From assembly GCA_024704765.1 (NCBI GenBank), contig JAKMXF010000057.1, forward strand, positions 1 to 51,319: a stretch of DNA of 51,319 nt, in the 5' to 3' direction. A program made the translations under genes and the position numbers. The notes beneath the pieces are model-generated. The model did no database searches. It was not told the origin of the DNA and saw only the letters and a list, made by a program, of their open reading frames with translations. Each line of letters begins with the position of its first letter. The stretch's first letter is position 1. Of the stretch, positions 1 through 13,105 are shown piece after piece. This stretch comes from Oopsacas minuta (lineage: Eukaryota > Animalia > Porifera).

Positions 1-3000
1 AATAAGGGAACCATAGAAATAGAATCTACTTCTATACATCTAAGGTTATACTGACTGTAGTATACTGTAGTGTCGGATTCTTTGGTTGTAAATAGAAACG
101 AGGATCGAATGGAATGATTCAAATAACATGATGGTTATAGAGTAAGTAATCAATCAACTGTTTGGTAATTTCAATTAGTTTAGATTCTGAATTCTTATTA
201 ACAATACTACTATGTATAGGTAATTTTGTCCATTCGTATATTTGTTCACAATTGTGATTCAACAACGAACAAATAGGATTCAGAACATTAGAATCTGTGA
301 TTATACTAATTTGTTGAATAGTCCATACATCGACATAATGAGTGTCTATTATGTTATCATACGTTATGGTGATCTGTAAGTGTTCTGCGAAATTCGCACT
401 CCCAATTTGCAGCTCATTACAAGTAGAATTTATGAAATGTAAATGTTCTGAAATAATTAAGCATTGTATTTGAGTATTGTCTAATCGATCTACTTTCCAA
501 GAGAAAGAAATAGCAATAGCAGTTATTCCTAGATTAATTGTGGATGAGGTATCTTGTAAGATACTAGAAATTTCTAGAACATCTTTCTGATGAATAAACG
601 AGAATAATTTCTCTGTTGAATCAGGTTTTAAAGATAAAGTAGCAATTCTAGATAGAGCATCAGTGTAGATAAATCTGCATAACCGATTCCATCACTAATT
701 ACCCCTACAGTATTTGTGAGAAGTTTGATATCAGTAGTTAATGTGGCAGATGCATGTGTTACCCCTTGAGTTTGTTCTAACACAAAATGTCCTATAAGAT
801 CAGTGCTGGTAGTAAATGATGAATTGAGGATGACGTCATTTACACCACATAATAATACAGTGCTTGTATCAGCTTTTGAGAATACAGTCCAGTCAGGAGC
901 TGGAGTGAAGGAAATAAAACTCAAACTATTTGAAATGCCAAATAGTACTTCAAAGGTAGGTTAGAGGCGATATGAAATTCCTTGTATATAGAGATAGCGC
1001 AAATTTAGAGTTATACTTGTTTCGTCGAAGACAAGAGCGTTTAACTTAAATATTATCAGTTGAAATATGGGTTGATTAGACCAGATATGAGTGTTAGGTA
1101 GATGAGAGTAGTATACATCATAATACATACCCGAATCTATTGAGACCTCAACATTACCTAAAGAAACCTGTATCTGGTTCGGTTCATTAGGAAATCTTAA
1201 TAATTCCAAGTTAAACGTATCTCCAATGAATTCAAACATTCCATTTATGCTCCACACGTTGTTAGGATATGTAACAATCGGATTAAAATATGATAATGAT
1301 AATGAAGGCTGTACTATGTTAGATATTATCTCTTGTACTATGATATACAGTGTAGTTGTAACTTCAACAAATACAGGAGAGTTCGTGATGTAGAATAATC
1401 TAGCTACGAGTGAGGGTATGTATAGAGGGTGTGTATCTGATAATTCTGTATACAGATATATACTACCTGGATCAGAATCTATTTGAGAATACTGAATCTT
1501 CAATACCACTACCAACTTGATATAATACTCTCTCAAAAGGTGTGAAATCCAAACTTACCATGAATACGCGACTCCCAACTTGATGATTATGTGATACGTG
1601 AATGTAGTAAGTATCATCTGAAAATGTAGGTATAGGGATGTTATGTTGAGGTAATAGGTTGATTGTAGTGATTGAAAACGTAGAATTATTGATAATTACT
1701 CTTAGCTGAGTTTGTAAGGGATCTGTTATGACATCAGTTTGGATTAATAAAACTTCAATAAAAGGGAAACTAAGTCGGTAGTCAAACATCAAATTTGAAA
1801 CACAAGTTAGAAGTTCTATGTCGATATTTTCTGTGCATAAAATCGAGGAATTAAGACTGATTTGAAAGCGTAAAATGAAATATTTTGGTTAATATTAATT
1901 AATTCAAATGTATGAGATAGACTAACAGGCTGAATAACATACTCATCTTCTATTTGTCGTATTGGTACACAATTTGTATGTAGAAACAGCATTATCACAC
2001 GCCTGAGCTAGAATAGTATAATTAGTATAATCAGCTGATCTAAACAGATGTATTACACCTGTGATATGATTCAGAACGAATACATCACTTGAGTGAGAGA
2101 TTAAACTATAAGATATACTGCCTTCATTCCCTGTGTCTACATCTGTTGCAGAAATGCGACCAATAACTCCACCAATATCAACAACATGTAAATGCTCAAA
2201 ATAGTAAATTTGTTCAGAGAATTCAGGTGCATGCATGTTCCTAGGGATAATACGTATTTCAAATGATGCAATAACGAAATTACCTCCAAGATCAGAAGCC
2301 TGTATCCTCAGGTTGTATAAGGAATTAACGTCAACACATGGTACTGTATTCAGGAAGAGTATCCCGATAATAGAGTTGATACTAAAAACTGGGTCAATAT
2401 CACCGGATGATATCGTGTACGATAAAGTAGAGCTCCATCATTTGAAATATCGAATACTTCATGAGTATTCCCTGTTGAAATGTAATACTCAATAATACCA
2501 GAGTCTCCAATGTCAAAGTCAACTGTTTCCAATTGATAGACAAGTTCAGCTACACCCAAATCTTCTCGAATATCAATTAGTCCTAGTGGAGCTATGAAAT
2601 AGGAGAATAGTAATTACTCTCTAAGACATTAATAGTAACCTCAGTCTGATTTGAGAGTGAAGGGCTACCATGATCTGTACCAGTCAAAACTAGATGATAC
2701 TCCTGGTTAACTTGGAGTATTTGTCCGTTATAAAACACGCCTCCATCCATGATGTGTGTATAGAAATAGCAAATATCTCCAGACAAACTATAGGTCAACT
2801 CAGAATTAATCACAATATCTCTATCTACAGCAGATAAATAGATGACATCACCATAATCGAGATCAAATGGTATTAAGATAGAATAATGTGTATGAAGAAA
2901 GTATGGGGAATCATCATTTACATCTAAAACGATAAGAATTACATTAGCGAGTGAATACTTGCGATATTCAGCAGCTGCTAGATCATTGGCTTGAACTTGA

Positions 3001-3397
3001 AATATAATACAATCTCTATACAACTCACTATCTAACGCACTCAGTAGTGTAATACTACCATTATTCGTATTAATAGGTAGAAATGTGTAATCAGTTAGAA
3101 TCGAATATTCAACTTATCCGAGGATGCCTTCATCTAGATCAACAGCTGTTACAGATAAGATAGTATCAGAATACAGTATACTCTCTTGAATATATACAGC
3201 ACAGTTATCAGGTGAGGTAAATACAGGAGGGTATTTATTAGTGTGTGTGATGTATACCATAATATCAGCTGTTGATGATAATGGCATTAAACCCCGATCT
3301 GTAGCTCTTAAAGTTATATTATACATGTCATCAGCTCAAGTTAATGTCCTTGTGAGTGTAATAGCGCCAATACAGGATTCTACCCCAAAATAATCAG
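1..3397 (-). pseudogene. Fat/protocadherin-like cadherin-repeat gene, copy A (fragmented, runs off window start)
   Basis: Minus-strand ORFs carry cadherin calcium-binding motifs (VLDVNDDSPYF, SAVDRD, ATDVDTGNEG, ATDRG, AVDLDEG). The frame is broken by many stops and frameshifts. It is the reverse complement of parts of 7211-10316 and lacks the ~7337-8788 segment of copy B. Confidence 0.85.
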
Positions 3398-3416
3398 TTT
3401 GGAGAAAAGCACTTGA

Positions 3417-5660
3417 CTAACCGCATATCAAATTCACATTCAGAAGTACGTTCAGGCGTAGCCTACTAAATATAAGGCCTAACACTAAAAGTATCAGGAA
3501 TGAAGTATTGGCTGAAAGCATTTATATACATGGTTTCTTTATTGTAGAAAAGGTGCATTTTGCCTGAATAAATGTTTGTAGATTTTAGAACATCAAATTT
3601 TACACAAATAAATATTGAAAATTTTCAAGAATTTGCAAAATTTTGTCTCTAGTAAGCATTTATTTAGCAAAATATGTCATTGCTCGATGCCACGTAGAAC
3701 GTTAAATATTGCAATTATCAACTCAAAGTGAATCAATGAAATGATCTATAGACACTTTCATACAAAATCTCAAAAATTTGTCATTCAAAAGTTGGCTAGA
3801 TTTGAGATAAAGCAGAGACCATGGATAACAATTGTTAAGGAACATTCAATAATAACTCGAGAATCAATAAAATAATCGTAAAATCTTACTAGCCAATGTA
3901 TACTCTATACCCGACTTCCTATACCATTGCAATACATTTTGATATGAAATAATAGAAGAGTGGTGCGGAATATTGAAAATGGCCATGTATGGGCATCGTC
4001 ACATTGGTGAGAGATATCATATCAAAATGTATTGCAAGGGTATGGGAAGTCGGGTAAATAGTATAAATTAACTATTCTGATTTTACGATAAGTTTTCATG
4101 ATTCTCGAGTTATAATTGAATATTCATTAAAAATTGTCATCCATGGTCTCTAACTAAACTCAACAACGAGCCAACTTTTGACAAATTATACAAAAGGATC
4201 TATAGATCACTTCAATTATGCACTATGAGTTGATACATGCAATATTACACGTTCTACAAGGGGTCAATGAATGATATATTTTACTAAATAAATGCTTACT
4301 AGAGACATATGTTTATACATTCCTAAAAGTTTATACCATTTATTTGTGTACAATTTGATGTCCTACAATAATGTATTACATTTATTCAGCCAAAAATGCA
4401 TTATCCTGCAAAAAAGAATCTATGTCTATAAATACTTTCAGCTGATACTGCATCCCCGGTGCCAAAATTACGAGTTACAGTTAGGTCTTATGTGTTAGTT
4501 GGCCATGATTCAGGCTGTTTACTGAGATAATCCATTGCATATTCATTGTGACATTTGGCAGCTACAAATACATGACAGGGGGGTTGATACACCTCTGGTA
4601 CTGTGTGGTAAGGTATAAGAGGAGATGGAGATTGGGCTCTACATGGCAAGATGATACTAGCGGCGAGTTGGATTAATATATTTAATATCTTCTGGGATCT
4701 CGTCCTATTGTTTTGTGAAGTAAGTCTATTCCTGCAGCTGTTGTCTGACTGAGATCGACTTTGCCATAAGTAACTGTATACAAACAAATGGTAACTAATA
4801 TTAAAGTATAATACAGTCAACTCCCAATATTCGAAACCCAAGGGATCGTGATAATTTCTTCGATATGACTGGTGTAATTTATGTTACTTTGACTGTTCGG
4901 GACAATATTTGTAATATTTCATATATCTATATAAGCGGTATTTAGATATATCCGTGTTCGATATAACGTGAGTTAACTCTAAGTATAGAATTCGCATAAA
5001 TATTCCTACTGCAAATTATCTACATATTACTTACCGAGTAATCTAAGAGCATCTTCATTCTCTCTCGATACAGCTACCATAAAAGGAGTCTGTCCCCCTT
5101 GATTAGCTATACTAATATCAGCTCACTGATTCAACAAACACATTATAACTTCCTCTCTATTATGATAAGACGCGGCTCTAAGCGGAGTAGAATTCGTTGC
5201 GTTTGAGTGGTTAATATTCGCCCGGCTTCTAGAAGTTCTCTTACAAAATTGACATTACCACCTATAAGAAAATAGAAGTAAACAAAGGTAAATAAATAAC
5301 ATTTGAAGTTTATACCTAATGCAGCACACCATAAGGCTATTGCCCCTCCAAACTCATATCCTGTGAATTCAGATTGAACTGTCATTGTGTATTCAAGATC
5401 CAAAACTTCTAGAACATTCTTCAGGAAATAGCTTACTATCATTTTTAACCTTTCTGTGCAGCTAGAATTAACGGAGATCCCTTATTGCCCTTAGGCTGGA
5501 ATATATCCTTTGGATGTGTATTCTTTAGTGAAGTTGTTAGTTGAGACTTGAATAATGGAAATTTCCCTTTCGCTGCAGAATCCAATAATTCTTTATGTAA
5601 CAATTCATCTGAGTATGTTGATGACGTTGTTATGTGACGTAGTAGATGGCTACTTAACAT
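3417..5660 (-). pseudogene. Fem-1-like ankyrin-repeat gene, copy A (5' half, interrupted by foldback element)
   Basis: ORFs 5445-5660, 5143-5442 and 4488-4841 match exons 1-3 of the copy at 10900-13105. It has a stop in exon 1, the 1-bp deletion GCCGGGCG (vs GCCGGTGCG) and the 3457-4507 insertion, and is truncated at 3417. Confidence 0.9.
3457..4507. mobile_element. Non-autonomous foldback DNA element, P/Galileo-like (copy 1, inverted)
   Basis: Ends are CGTAGCCTACTAAATATAAGG...CTTATGTGTTAGTTGGCCATG with flanks GTTCAGG/ATTCAGG (7-bp TSD, 1 mismatch). It has ~500-bp imperfect inverted arms. The empty site CCTGAAT occurs once at 11942-11948. Confidence 0.85.
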
Positions 5661-5837
5661 TTCTAATTGAAAGTTCTACAAGTAAAATAGCCAATTTTGT
5701 AAATATTCAGTATACAGAATACGATAGAGAAAGAGGCAAATAAATACATAATTATCAAAGCAGTAAAAGTAAGTCCTACAGTAAACTAATCTATTTTGCT
5801 ATTCATTGGTTCGTTTTAGGTGTACCAGGCAGAGATT

Positions 5838-6610
5838 AGCTTTTCTTGATATTTGGTAGTATAAATTTCAATCTTTCACTACTGCCGAGTCTGTTGTTTA
5901 TAGAAATCCTGTGATATTTGAAGTACTCCAGCCAGGGGCGCGCCAGGATTTGGCGAACGGATTGGGTGGGCCTGGCGACAAGTATTATCGCGGGAGCCAA
6001 GCACGCTCGACAAATCAATTAAATTATTCAACATTTCGCCTTTAATTGCCAGAAGATTATATGAACAGGTTTTTCGAGCTTTGCCAAATAGCCATCCAAA
6101 GACATAATTTAGTTGAAATAAAATAAATCTAACATCGTAAGTCAAATAAACAAAAATATTAAAATATATAACACAAAGACTCATCAACTGAATGAGAAAC
6201 AAGAGTTTCGGAGAAATAAGGCGGAATATTACTAAATTAGGCATCTATAAAAACAAAGTTAAAAAACATGTACTTGTAAAACAAACAAATTTCGGAAAAA
6301 ATAAAACAAAGACGAAGCAAGTTAGCTCAAAAATTTCGAAATTTATGTCTCCAGAAATCACGGAGGGGCTCTAGGGGGGACTTGAGCCCCACAAATTTGT
6401 CCTGGCGCCGCCCCTGACTCCAGCTATTCTATCATCCAGTCACAAGAGATGAAGCCAATTTCCATTCCATTATGAAATCAAAGGATTTTCTTAAACGGGA
6501 AAATGTACTGAACGCATTCATTGCTGTATCTACCCCAAATATGTTAGTGGTAACAGATAAGGACGGTTTAAGTGCGTTACATTTCGCGTGTATGCTAGAA
6601 ACAGTCCTGA
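5838..6610 (+). pseudogene. Internal exon-3 fragment of Fem-1-like gene, fused by deletion to EGF receptor fragment
   Basis: Matches ~12540-12840 (AFLDIW...SIMKSKDFLK...ALHFACMLET). It is split by a hAT MITE and joins receptor sequence at ACGCGTGAACCCCCCTGTGTAGATTG. Confidence 0.9.
5933..6416. mobile_element. hAT-type MITE (484 bp)
   Basis: TIRs are CAGGGGCGCGCCAGGA / reverse complement CAGGGGCGGCGCCAGGA. There is a perfect 8-bp TSD ACTCCAGC (5925-5932, 6417-6424). A second copy lies at 23567-25363. Confidence 0.9.
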
Positions 6611-7210
6611 TTCTGTTGTCGACGCGTGAACCCCCCCTGTGTAGATTGTTATGAATGCAATCTTAACTTCTCTCCAGTCTCTAGTAATACGTACGGCTGT
6701 ATGGAATGCCATGATGATTGTCTTAGAGCTGGTGTTAATACCTCATTAGGCTATTGCTACGGACAGTCTGCATCAGAGTGTTCCTCTTATAGTCTCGATG
6801 GAATGTGTGTAGTCATGTGTCCTTAGAACTGTGTGTATAATATTGAGTCTACTTGTGTTTGTGCTCCGAATAGATCAGGTTCTGACTGCTCAAACTGGGA
6901 TTTAATCTGCAAGAATGGAACAGCTGAAACAGATTGTAGTGATAGGAATTGTGCTGTTGAGTATTTCGATACTGTATGCGAGAGCCAATACCTTCCTTGC
7001 TTGGGTACTCCTGGTCAAAGCGAGGAATTATATATTGACGGTATAGGAGATCATGTGTGTAGGTGTGAGTGTAATAACATGTGGGAGGGTACCGATTGTA
7101 CTACCTGTCCTATTGTATCAAAAATGGTGGATTACTAAATTCAACTTGTAATGGCTGCAATTGTATAAACTCAAGGGGAGGATTTGATTGCTCAGTTTGT
7201 GGCATAACTT
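6611..7210 (+). pseudogene. Fragment of EGF-repeat receptor gene
   Basis: Matches ~13750-14520 (VDCYECNLNFSP...CHDDCLRAG...CAPNRSG...WEGTDCTTCP) but lacks two Cys-repeat modules. An inverted twin lies at 22705-23350. Confidence 0.9.
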
Positions 7211-10200
7211 GGTGCAGCTGAACTTGTCTATTAATTTAAAACAGTTGACTTTGACATTGGAGACTCTGGTATTATTGAGTATTACATTTCAACAGGGAAT
7301 ATTCATGAAGTATTCGATATTTCTAATGATGGAGCTTTGTTCGTCAAAACTTCACTCGATTTTGAAGAAATGAACTCGTATACTTTGACTATTCTAGCAT
7401 ATAACCCAGGTAATCTATTCGAATACAGATATTCTGATATTTCTGTTGATATTATCATTGAAGATATTAACGATTTTATTCCTGAATTTTCTCTCACTAA
7501 TTATACATTTATATTCGCTTCAAATTTCCAATCAGGTAACCCAATTGGTACAGTTTTTATTATTGATGACGTAATAACATCAACTAGCCTTTCTCCTATG
7601 CTATTATATCTGATCCATTTATTTTCACAATCTCTGAGAATGGTGTTATCAGATTAACAGAAGACTTTGGGCTGAATTTGGTTAGTAAATATTCTATAGA
7701 AATATCATATAATGATGGGATATATACTGCTACAGCTTTAGTGACGATTTTTGTAGAAGAACCTAATTTGTACTCTCCATTATTCTCTAATTCAAACGGT
7801 TCATTTAACATTCTAGAGAATAATTATTCAACTGATGTATTACTGATAACAGCAACTGATAATGATATAGGAGCTAATGCGGTAATTTCTTATACTATTA
7901 CAGATAATTATTATATCCCTATTGATCAAAGTAGTGGTGTTCTAACCCTTGTTAATTTATTTCATTATGAACAGATACAAATATTGAGTTTGGTGATAAC
8001 TGCGGAAGATAACGCTTCACCCTGGCAACGAAAATCCACTACACTTCCTGTTGAAATAGTAGTTTTAGACGAGAACGATTCTCCAGCTATTTTCGCCGAA
8101 TCTACCTACATATTTACAGTAGTAAATAATACAATTGTTGCTGGTATTATTGGTAGAATAATTGCAACTGATGTGGATACATCCTCAACTCTTTTATACC
8201 AATTCACCACGACTAGTGATTACTTCGATATAGACCCATTCACTGGAGATATATTTGTAGCAAAGGAATTGGTTATTCAGAGTCCAACTATAACTGTATC
8301 AGTAAATGACTCTATACATACAGATAGTGCAATCGTGATTATTAACGTCATTCCAGCCAATTTACACACACCAATATTTCCCCAACATAACTTCACTATA
8401 TCTATACCAGAAGGAACTTCAATTGGAAATTCTATTCTACAAACAAATGCTGTTAATATGGATACTGGTATCAATGGGGATATTACATACAGTATTTCGT
8501 ATAATATTTATTGTATAGTGAATTCTACTACGGGTATAATTGTATTAACTCCGTTATTAGATGCTGAAACAGATCCAGTAGAAATCTCGTTTGACTTATC
8601 AGCAACAGATAATGCTTATTCTTCTTTCCGTAAATCTAGCTTTGTAACTGTTATTATACAAATAGAAAATGTGAACGATTGATCACCAGAATTTTCACAT
8701 TCTATCTATCAGCTGTTTGTAGAAGATGGCACTGATAGATACATGACTATTTACAAGGTTGAAACTATTGATAAAGACGGAGATATTCTATCGTACAAGA
8801 TATTATCCGGTGATATTGATCCAGTATTTAGTATCAACTCTATTATCGGGATACTCTTCCTGAATACAGTACCATGTGTTGACGTTAATTCCTTATACTA
8901 CCTGAGGATACAGGCTTCTGATCTTGGAGGTAATTTCGTTATTGCATCATTTGAAATACGTGTTACCCCTAGGAACATGCATGCACCTGAATTCTCTGAA
9001 CAAAATTACTATTTTGACCATTTACATGTTGTTAATACTGGTGGAGTTATTGGTCGTATTTCTGCAACAAATTTAGACACAGGGAATGAAGGCAGTATAT
9101 CTTATAGTTTAATCTCTCACTCAAGTGATGTATTCGTTCTGAATCATATCACAGGTGTAATACATCTGTTTAGATCAGCTGATTATACTAATTATACTAT
9201 TCTAGCTCAAGGCGTGTGATAATGCTGTTTCTACATACAAATTGTGTACCAATACGACAGTTCAAGTGGAAATGCGACAAATAGAAGATGAGTATGTTAT
9301 TCAGCCTGTTAGTCTATCTCATACATTTGAATTAACTAATATTAACCAAAATATTTCATTTAACGCTTTTCAAATCAGTCTTAATTCCTCGATTTTATAC
9401 ACAGAAAATATCGACATAGAACTTCTAACTTGTGTTTCAAATTTGATGTTTGACTACCGACTTAATTTCCCTTTTATTGAAGTTATATTAATCCAAACTG
9501 ACGTCATAACAGATCCCTTACAAACTCAGCTAAGAGTAATTATCAATAATTCTACGTTTTCAATCACTACAATCAACCTATTACCTCAACATAACATCCA
9601 TATACCTACATTTTCAGATGATACTTACTACATTCACGTATCACATAATCACCAAGTTTGGAGTCTCGTATTCATGGAAAGTTTGGATTTCACACCTTTT
9701 GAGGAAGTATTATATCAAGTTGGTAGTGGTAATGAAGATTTCAGTATTCTCAATAGATTCTGATCCAGGTAGTATATATCTGTATACAGAATTATCAGAT
9801 ACACACCCTCTATACATACTCACTCGTAGCTAGATTATTCTACATCACGAACTCTCCTGTATTTGTTGAAGTTACAACTACACTGTATATCATAGTACAA
9901 GAGATAATATCTAACATAATACAGCCTTCATTATCATTATCATTTTTTAATCCGATTGTTACATATCCTAACAACGTGTGGAGCATAAATGGAATGCATG
10001 AGTTCATTGGAGAATCACAGATTCTAATGTTCTGAATCCTATTTGTTCGTGGTTGAATCACAATTGTGAACACAAATATACGAATGGACAAAATTACCTA
10101 TACATAGTAGTATTGTTAATAAGAATTCAGAATCTAAACTAAATGAAATTACCAGACAATTGATTGATTACTTACTCTATAACCATCATGTTATTTGAAT

Positions 10201-10685
10201 CATTCCATTCGATCCTAGTTTCTATTTACAACCAAAGAATCCGACACTACAGTATACTACAGTCAGTGTAACCTTAGATGTATAGAAGTAGATTCTATTT
10301 CTATGGTTCCCTTATTGTTAGAATTCTCAAATGAGTATTCTTATATTACTGCGGTATCTTCTTTGATTGTTTCAGATATAAGCTATTCAATAAATAGCAG
10401 TGAGGAGAATATTGATAATTTAAGTTTAACTGATGATTGAACTCTTTCACACAATCATAGGGTAGGTTCTCTACAAAGCTCTGTTATACTTGATAATTCT
10501 ACGCGTTTATTGATTATATTTTGGGTCCTGAATACCTTCATGTTATTCCAGTGGATCTTTCCAAGTTATCTGTTAACAGTGATATGCTACCTGAAATTAG
10601 TTCGTATCTTCATTTTACTTCGATTTCCTCTGATGTTTTATCGGTTCTCAGTAACAGAGGAGCTCGTGGAGAGAATGTGCTTTAG
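7211..10685 (+). pseudogene. Fat/protocadherin-like cadherin-repeat gene, copy B
   Basis: The 334-aa ORF 7678-8682 has cadherin repeats (ATDNDIGANA, VLDENDSPAIF, ATDVD, IENVND), with further repeats in 7337-7657, 8743-9219 and 9242-9763. Stops and frameshifts separate them. It lacks the ~918 bp present at 303-1220 in copy A, and no TM segment is seen. Confidence 0.85.
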
Positions 10686-10760
10686 TACATCCTCTGATAC
10701 AGGAATCTCTGCCTGGTACACCTATAAAGAACAAATAAATAGCCAAATAGATTACTTTGC
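10686..10760 (+). pseudogene. Tail fragment of EGF receptor gene fused to cadherin copy B
   Basis: TCCTCTGATACAGGAATCTCTGCCTGGTACACC matches the receptor C-terminal coding sequence at ~17037-17070 and ~31329-31360. Confidence 0.8.
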
Positions 10761-10870
10761 TGTAGGACTTAATCTTAGGAATCTTTTTACTTTTTACTAC
10801 TTGGATAATTATTTATTTATTTCCCTCTTTCTCTATCGTATTCTATTTACTGAATATTTACAAAATTGGC

Positions 10871-10884
10871 TATTTTGCTTGTAG
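10871..10884 (+). promoter_or_regulatory. Pyrimidine-rich 3' splice acceptor just upstream of Fem-1-like ATG (5'UTR intron or trans-splice acceptor)
   Basis: TATTTTGCTTGTAG ends 15 nt before the ATG and is conserved in all four long copies. An upstream TTTCCCTCTTTCTCT tract is present. Confidence 0.4.
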
Positions 10885-10899
10885 AACTTTCAATTAGAA

Positions 10900-13105
10900 A
10901 TGTTAAGTAGCCATCTTCTACGTCACATAACAACGTCATCAACATACTCAGATGAATTGTTACATAAAGAATTATTGGATTCTGCAGCGAAAGGGAAATT
11001 TCCATTATTTAAGTCTCAACTAACATCTTTACTAAAGAATACACATCCAAAGCTTGTATTCCAGCCTAAGGGCAATAAGGGATCTCCGTTAATTCTAGCT
11101 GCTCAGAAAGGTCAAAATATGATAGTAAGCTATATCCTGAAGAATTTTCTAGAAGTTTTGGATCTTGAATACACAATGACAGTTAAACCTGAATTCACAG
11201 GATATGAGGTTAGAGGGGCAACTGCCTTATGGTGTGCTGCATCAGGTACAAACTTCAAATATTAGTTATTTACCTTTGTTTACTTCTGTTTTCTTATAGG
11301 TGGTAATGTCAATATTGTAAGAGAACTTCTAGAAGCCGGTGCGAATATTAACCACTCAGACTCAACGAGTTCTACTCCGCTCAGGGCCGCGTATTTTCAT
11401 AATAGAGAGGAAGTCATAATGTGTCTGTTGAATAGGGGAGCTGATATTAGTATAGCTGATCAACTGGGGCAGTCTCCTTTTATGATGCCTGTATTGTTTG
11501 ATGATGAAGATGCTCTTAGATTACTCGGTAAGTAATATATAGATAATTCACAGTAGCAACATTTATACGAATTCTATACGTACAGTTAACTCACGTTATA
11601 TCGATCACGATCCCTTGGGTTTCGAATATTGGGAGTTGACTGTATTATACTTTAATATTAGTTACCATATACTTGTATGCAGTTACTTATGGCAAAGTCG
11701 ATCTCAGTCAGACAACAGCTGCAGGAATAGACTTATTACACATAGCAATAGAACGAGAATCCAAAGAGATATTCAACCTATTAATCCACCTCGGAGCTAA
11801 AATAATCTGGCCATGCAGAGCCCAATCTCCATCTCCTCCTATACCTTACTACACAGTACCAGAGGTGTATCAACCCCCTGTCATTTATTTGTAGCTGCCA
11901 AATGTCACAATGAATATGCATTGGATTATCTCAGTAAACAGCCTGAATGGACTCTGGAATGTGAAGTTGATATGTGGTTAGTCAGAGGGGTAGAGATATT
12001 CTGTGATCATCCTTCTTCTAAAGTAACTGAATTTTGGAGAAAAGCACTTGAATTGAGAAAAATCCACAATTTAGGTTATCCCGGGAAGCCAGCTATAGAT
12101 TTATACGAGGGTGTACAGGAAGTTGGAACATTAACTGATTTTTATAATATTTCACAGAAAAACTACCTCATTCAGTGTGTGCTAATAAGCGAGAGAGTAT
12201 TCGGGCCATTATACTATACATCTTGTGATCTTAAGATTCGATTAACCAACCACTTGTATAGTGAAGGTTCTGTGTATTATTGGAGATGTTGTGAGCTATT
12301 GTATCAGCTATTACAAGCTGTCGTGAAGACAAGTTGGATGCCAACACAAGCATCTATCGATGAATTTGAAATGCTCTTGCATCAAGTAAATACACTATTG
12401 CCAGCGTTCAATACTGATGTTATGACAATGGAAAGGTTTGCTGCATATTTCAAGTGTATATACACAAGGTATAATGTTTTGCTGAAAGGCATAGAAACTA
12501 ATATGAACGTTTCGTATCATAAGTGTTTGAAGCGGGTATTAACTTTTCTTGATATTTGGTTGGAGAAATTTCCATCTTTCACTACTTTCGAGTCTGTCGT
12601 TTATAGAAATCCTGTGATGTTAGAAGCACTGCAGCTATTATTTCATCCATTAACAAGAGATGAACCTATTTTCCATTCTATTATGAAATCAAAGTATTTT
12701 CTTAAATATGAAAATGTATTGAACGCATTCATTGCTCTATCTACCCCAGATATGTTAGAGATTTCAGATGAGGACGGTTTAACCGCGTTGCATTTAGCGT
12801 GTATGTTAGAAACAGTTCCTGATTCTGTTATCCACGCGTTAATACAAGCTGGGTCACATTTAGACTCTGTTACTCCCTCAAATCGAACGCCTATGGAATC
12901 TTGTATCAACGAACTTTCCCCACAGTATCTAGCACTAAGATCGTATTACCCTTTAAGACTAGCTTGTCTGTCCGTAAGGATTATTGTAGAGTACCAACTA
13001 TCTGCAGAAACACTACCTGCGTTTTTTCACACCTTTATTGACTTTCATCGCACAGCACCTTCAAAAGGTGACGAATACGTTTCTATTTCTCTCTCCTCCA
13101 GTTAA
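10900..13105 (+). CDS. fem-1: Fem-1-like ankyrin-repeat protein (CRL2 substrate-receptor family), copy B; 3 exons (10900-11245, 11300-11527, 11683-13105), one -1 frameshift at C5 run ~11874-11878; ~665 aa if restored
   Basis: Spliced translation gives [40 protein letters not shown], resembling Fem-1 ATALWCAA...GANVN...NSTPLRAA. It has a C-terminal ankyrin (DEDGLTALHLAC) and an LRLACLSVRII...LPAFFHTFIDFH tail like the Fem-1 BC/Cul2-box end. The GT-AG introns are phase-compatible. Sister copies have C6 (QPPCHVF), which restores the frame. Confidence 0.8.

Noticed and set aside
4292-4498. Short ORFs inside foldback arms (also 19907-20143, 33811-34074, 49438-49641, 49653-49835)
   Set aside because: They lie in non-coding AT-rich inverted repeats and recur only because the element is duplicated.
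10510-10884. 124-aa hydrophobic ORF upstream of Fem-1
   Set aside because: It is a chance read-through across a cadherin/receptor-tail junction and a T-rich intergenic region. The cadherin frame is different.
11605-11650. Conserved intron-2 stretch with GGGTTTCGAAT resembling a tRNA T-loop; ORF-track peptide MGFEYWELTV
   Set aside because: No cloverleaf or box A could be formed. It lies inside a GT-AG intron, and its conservation is no greater than expected for recent duplicates.
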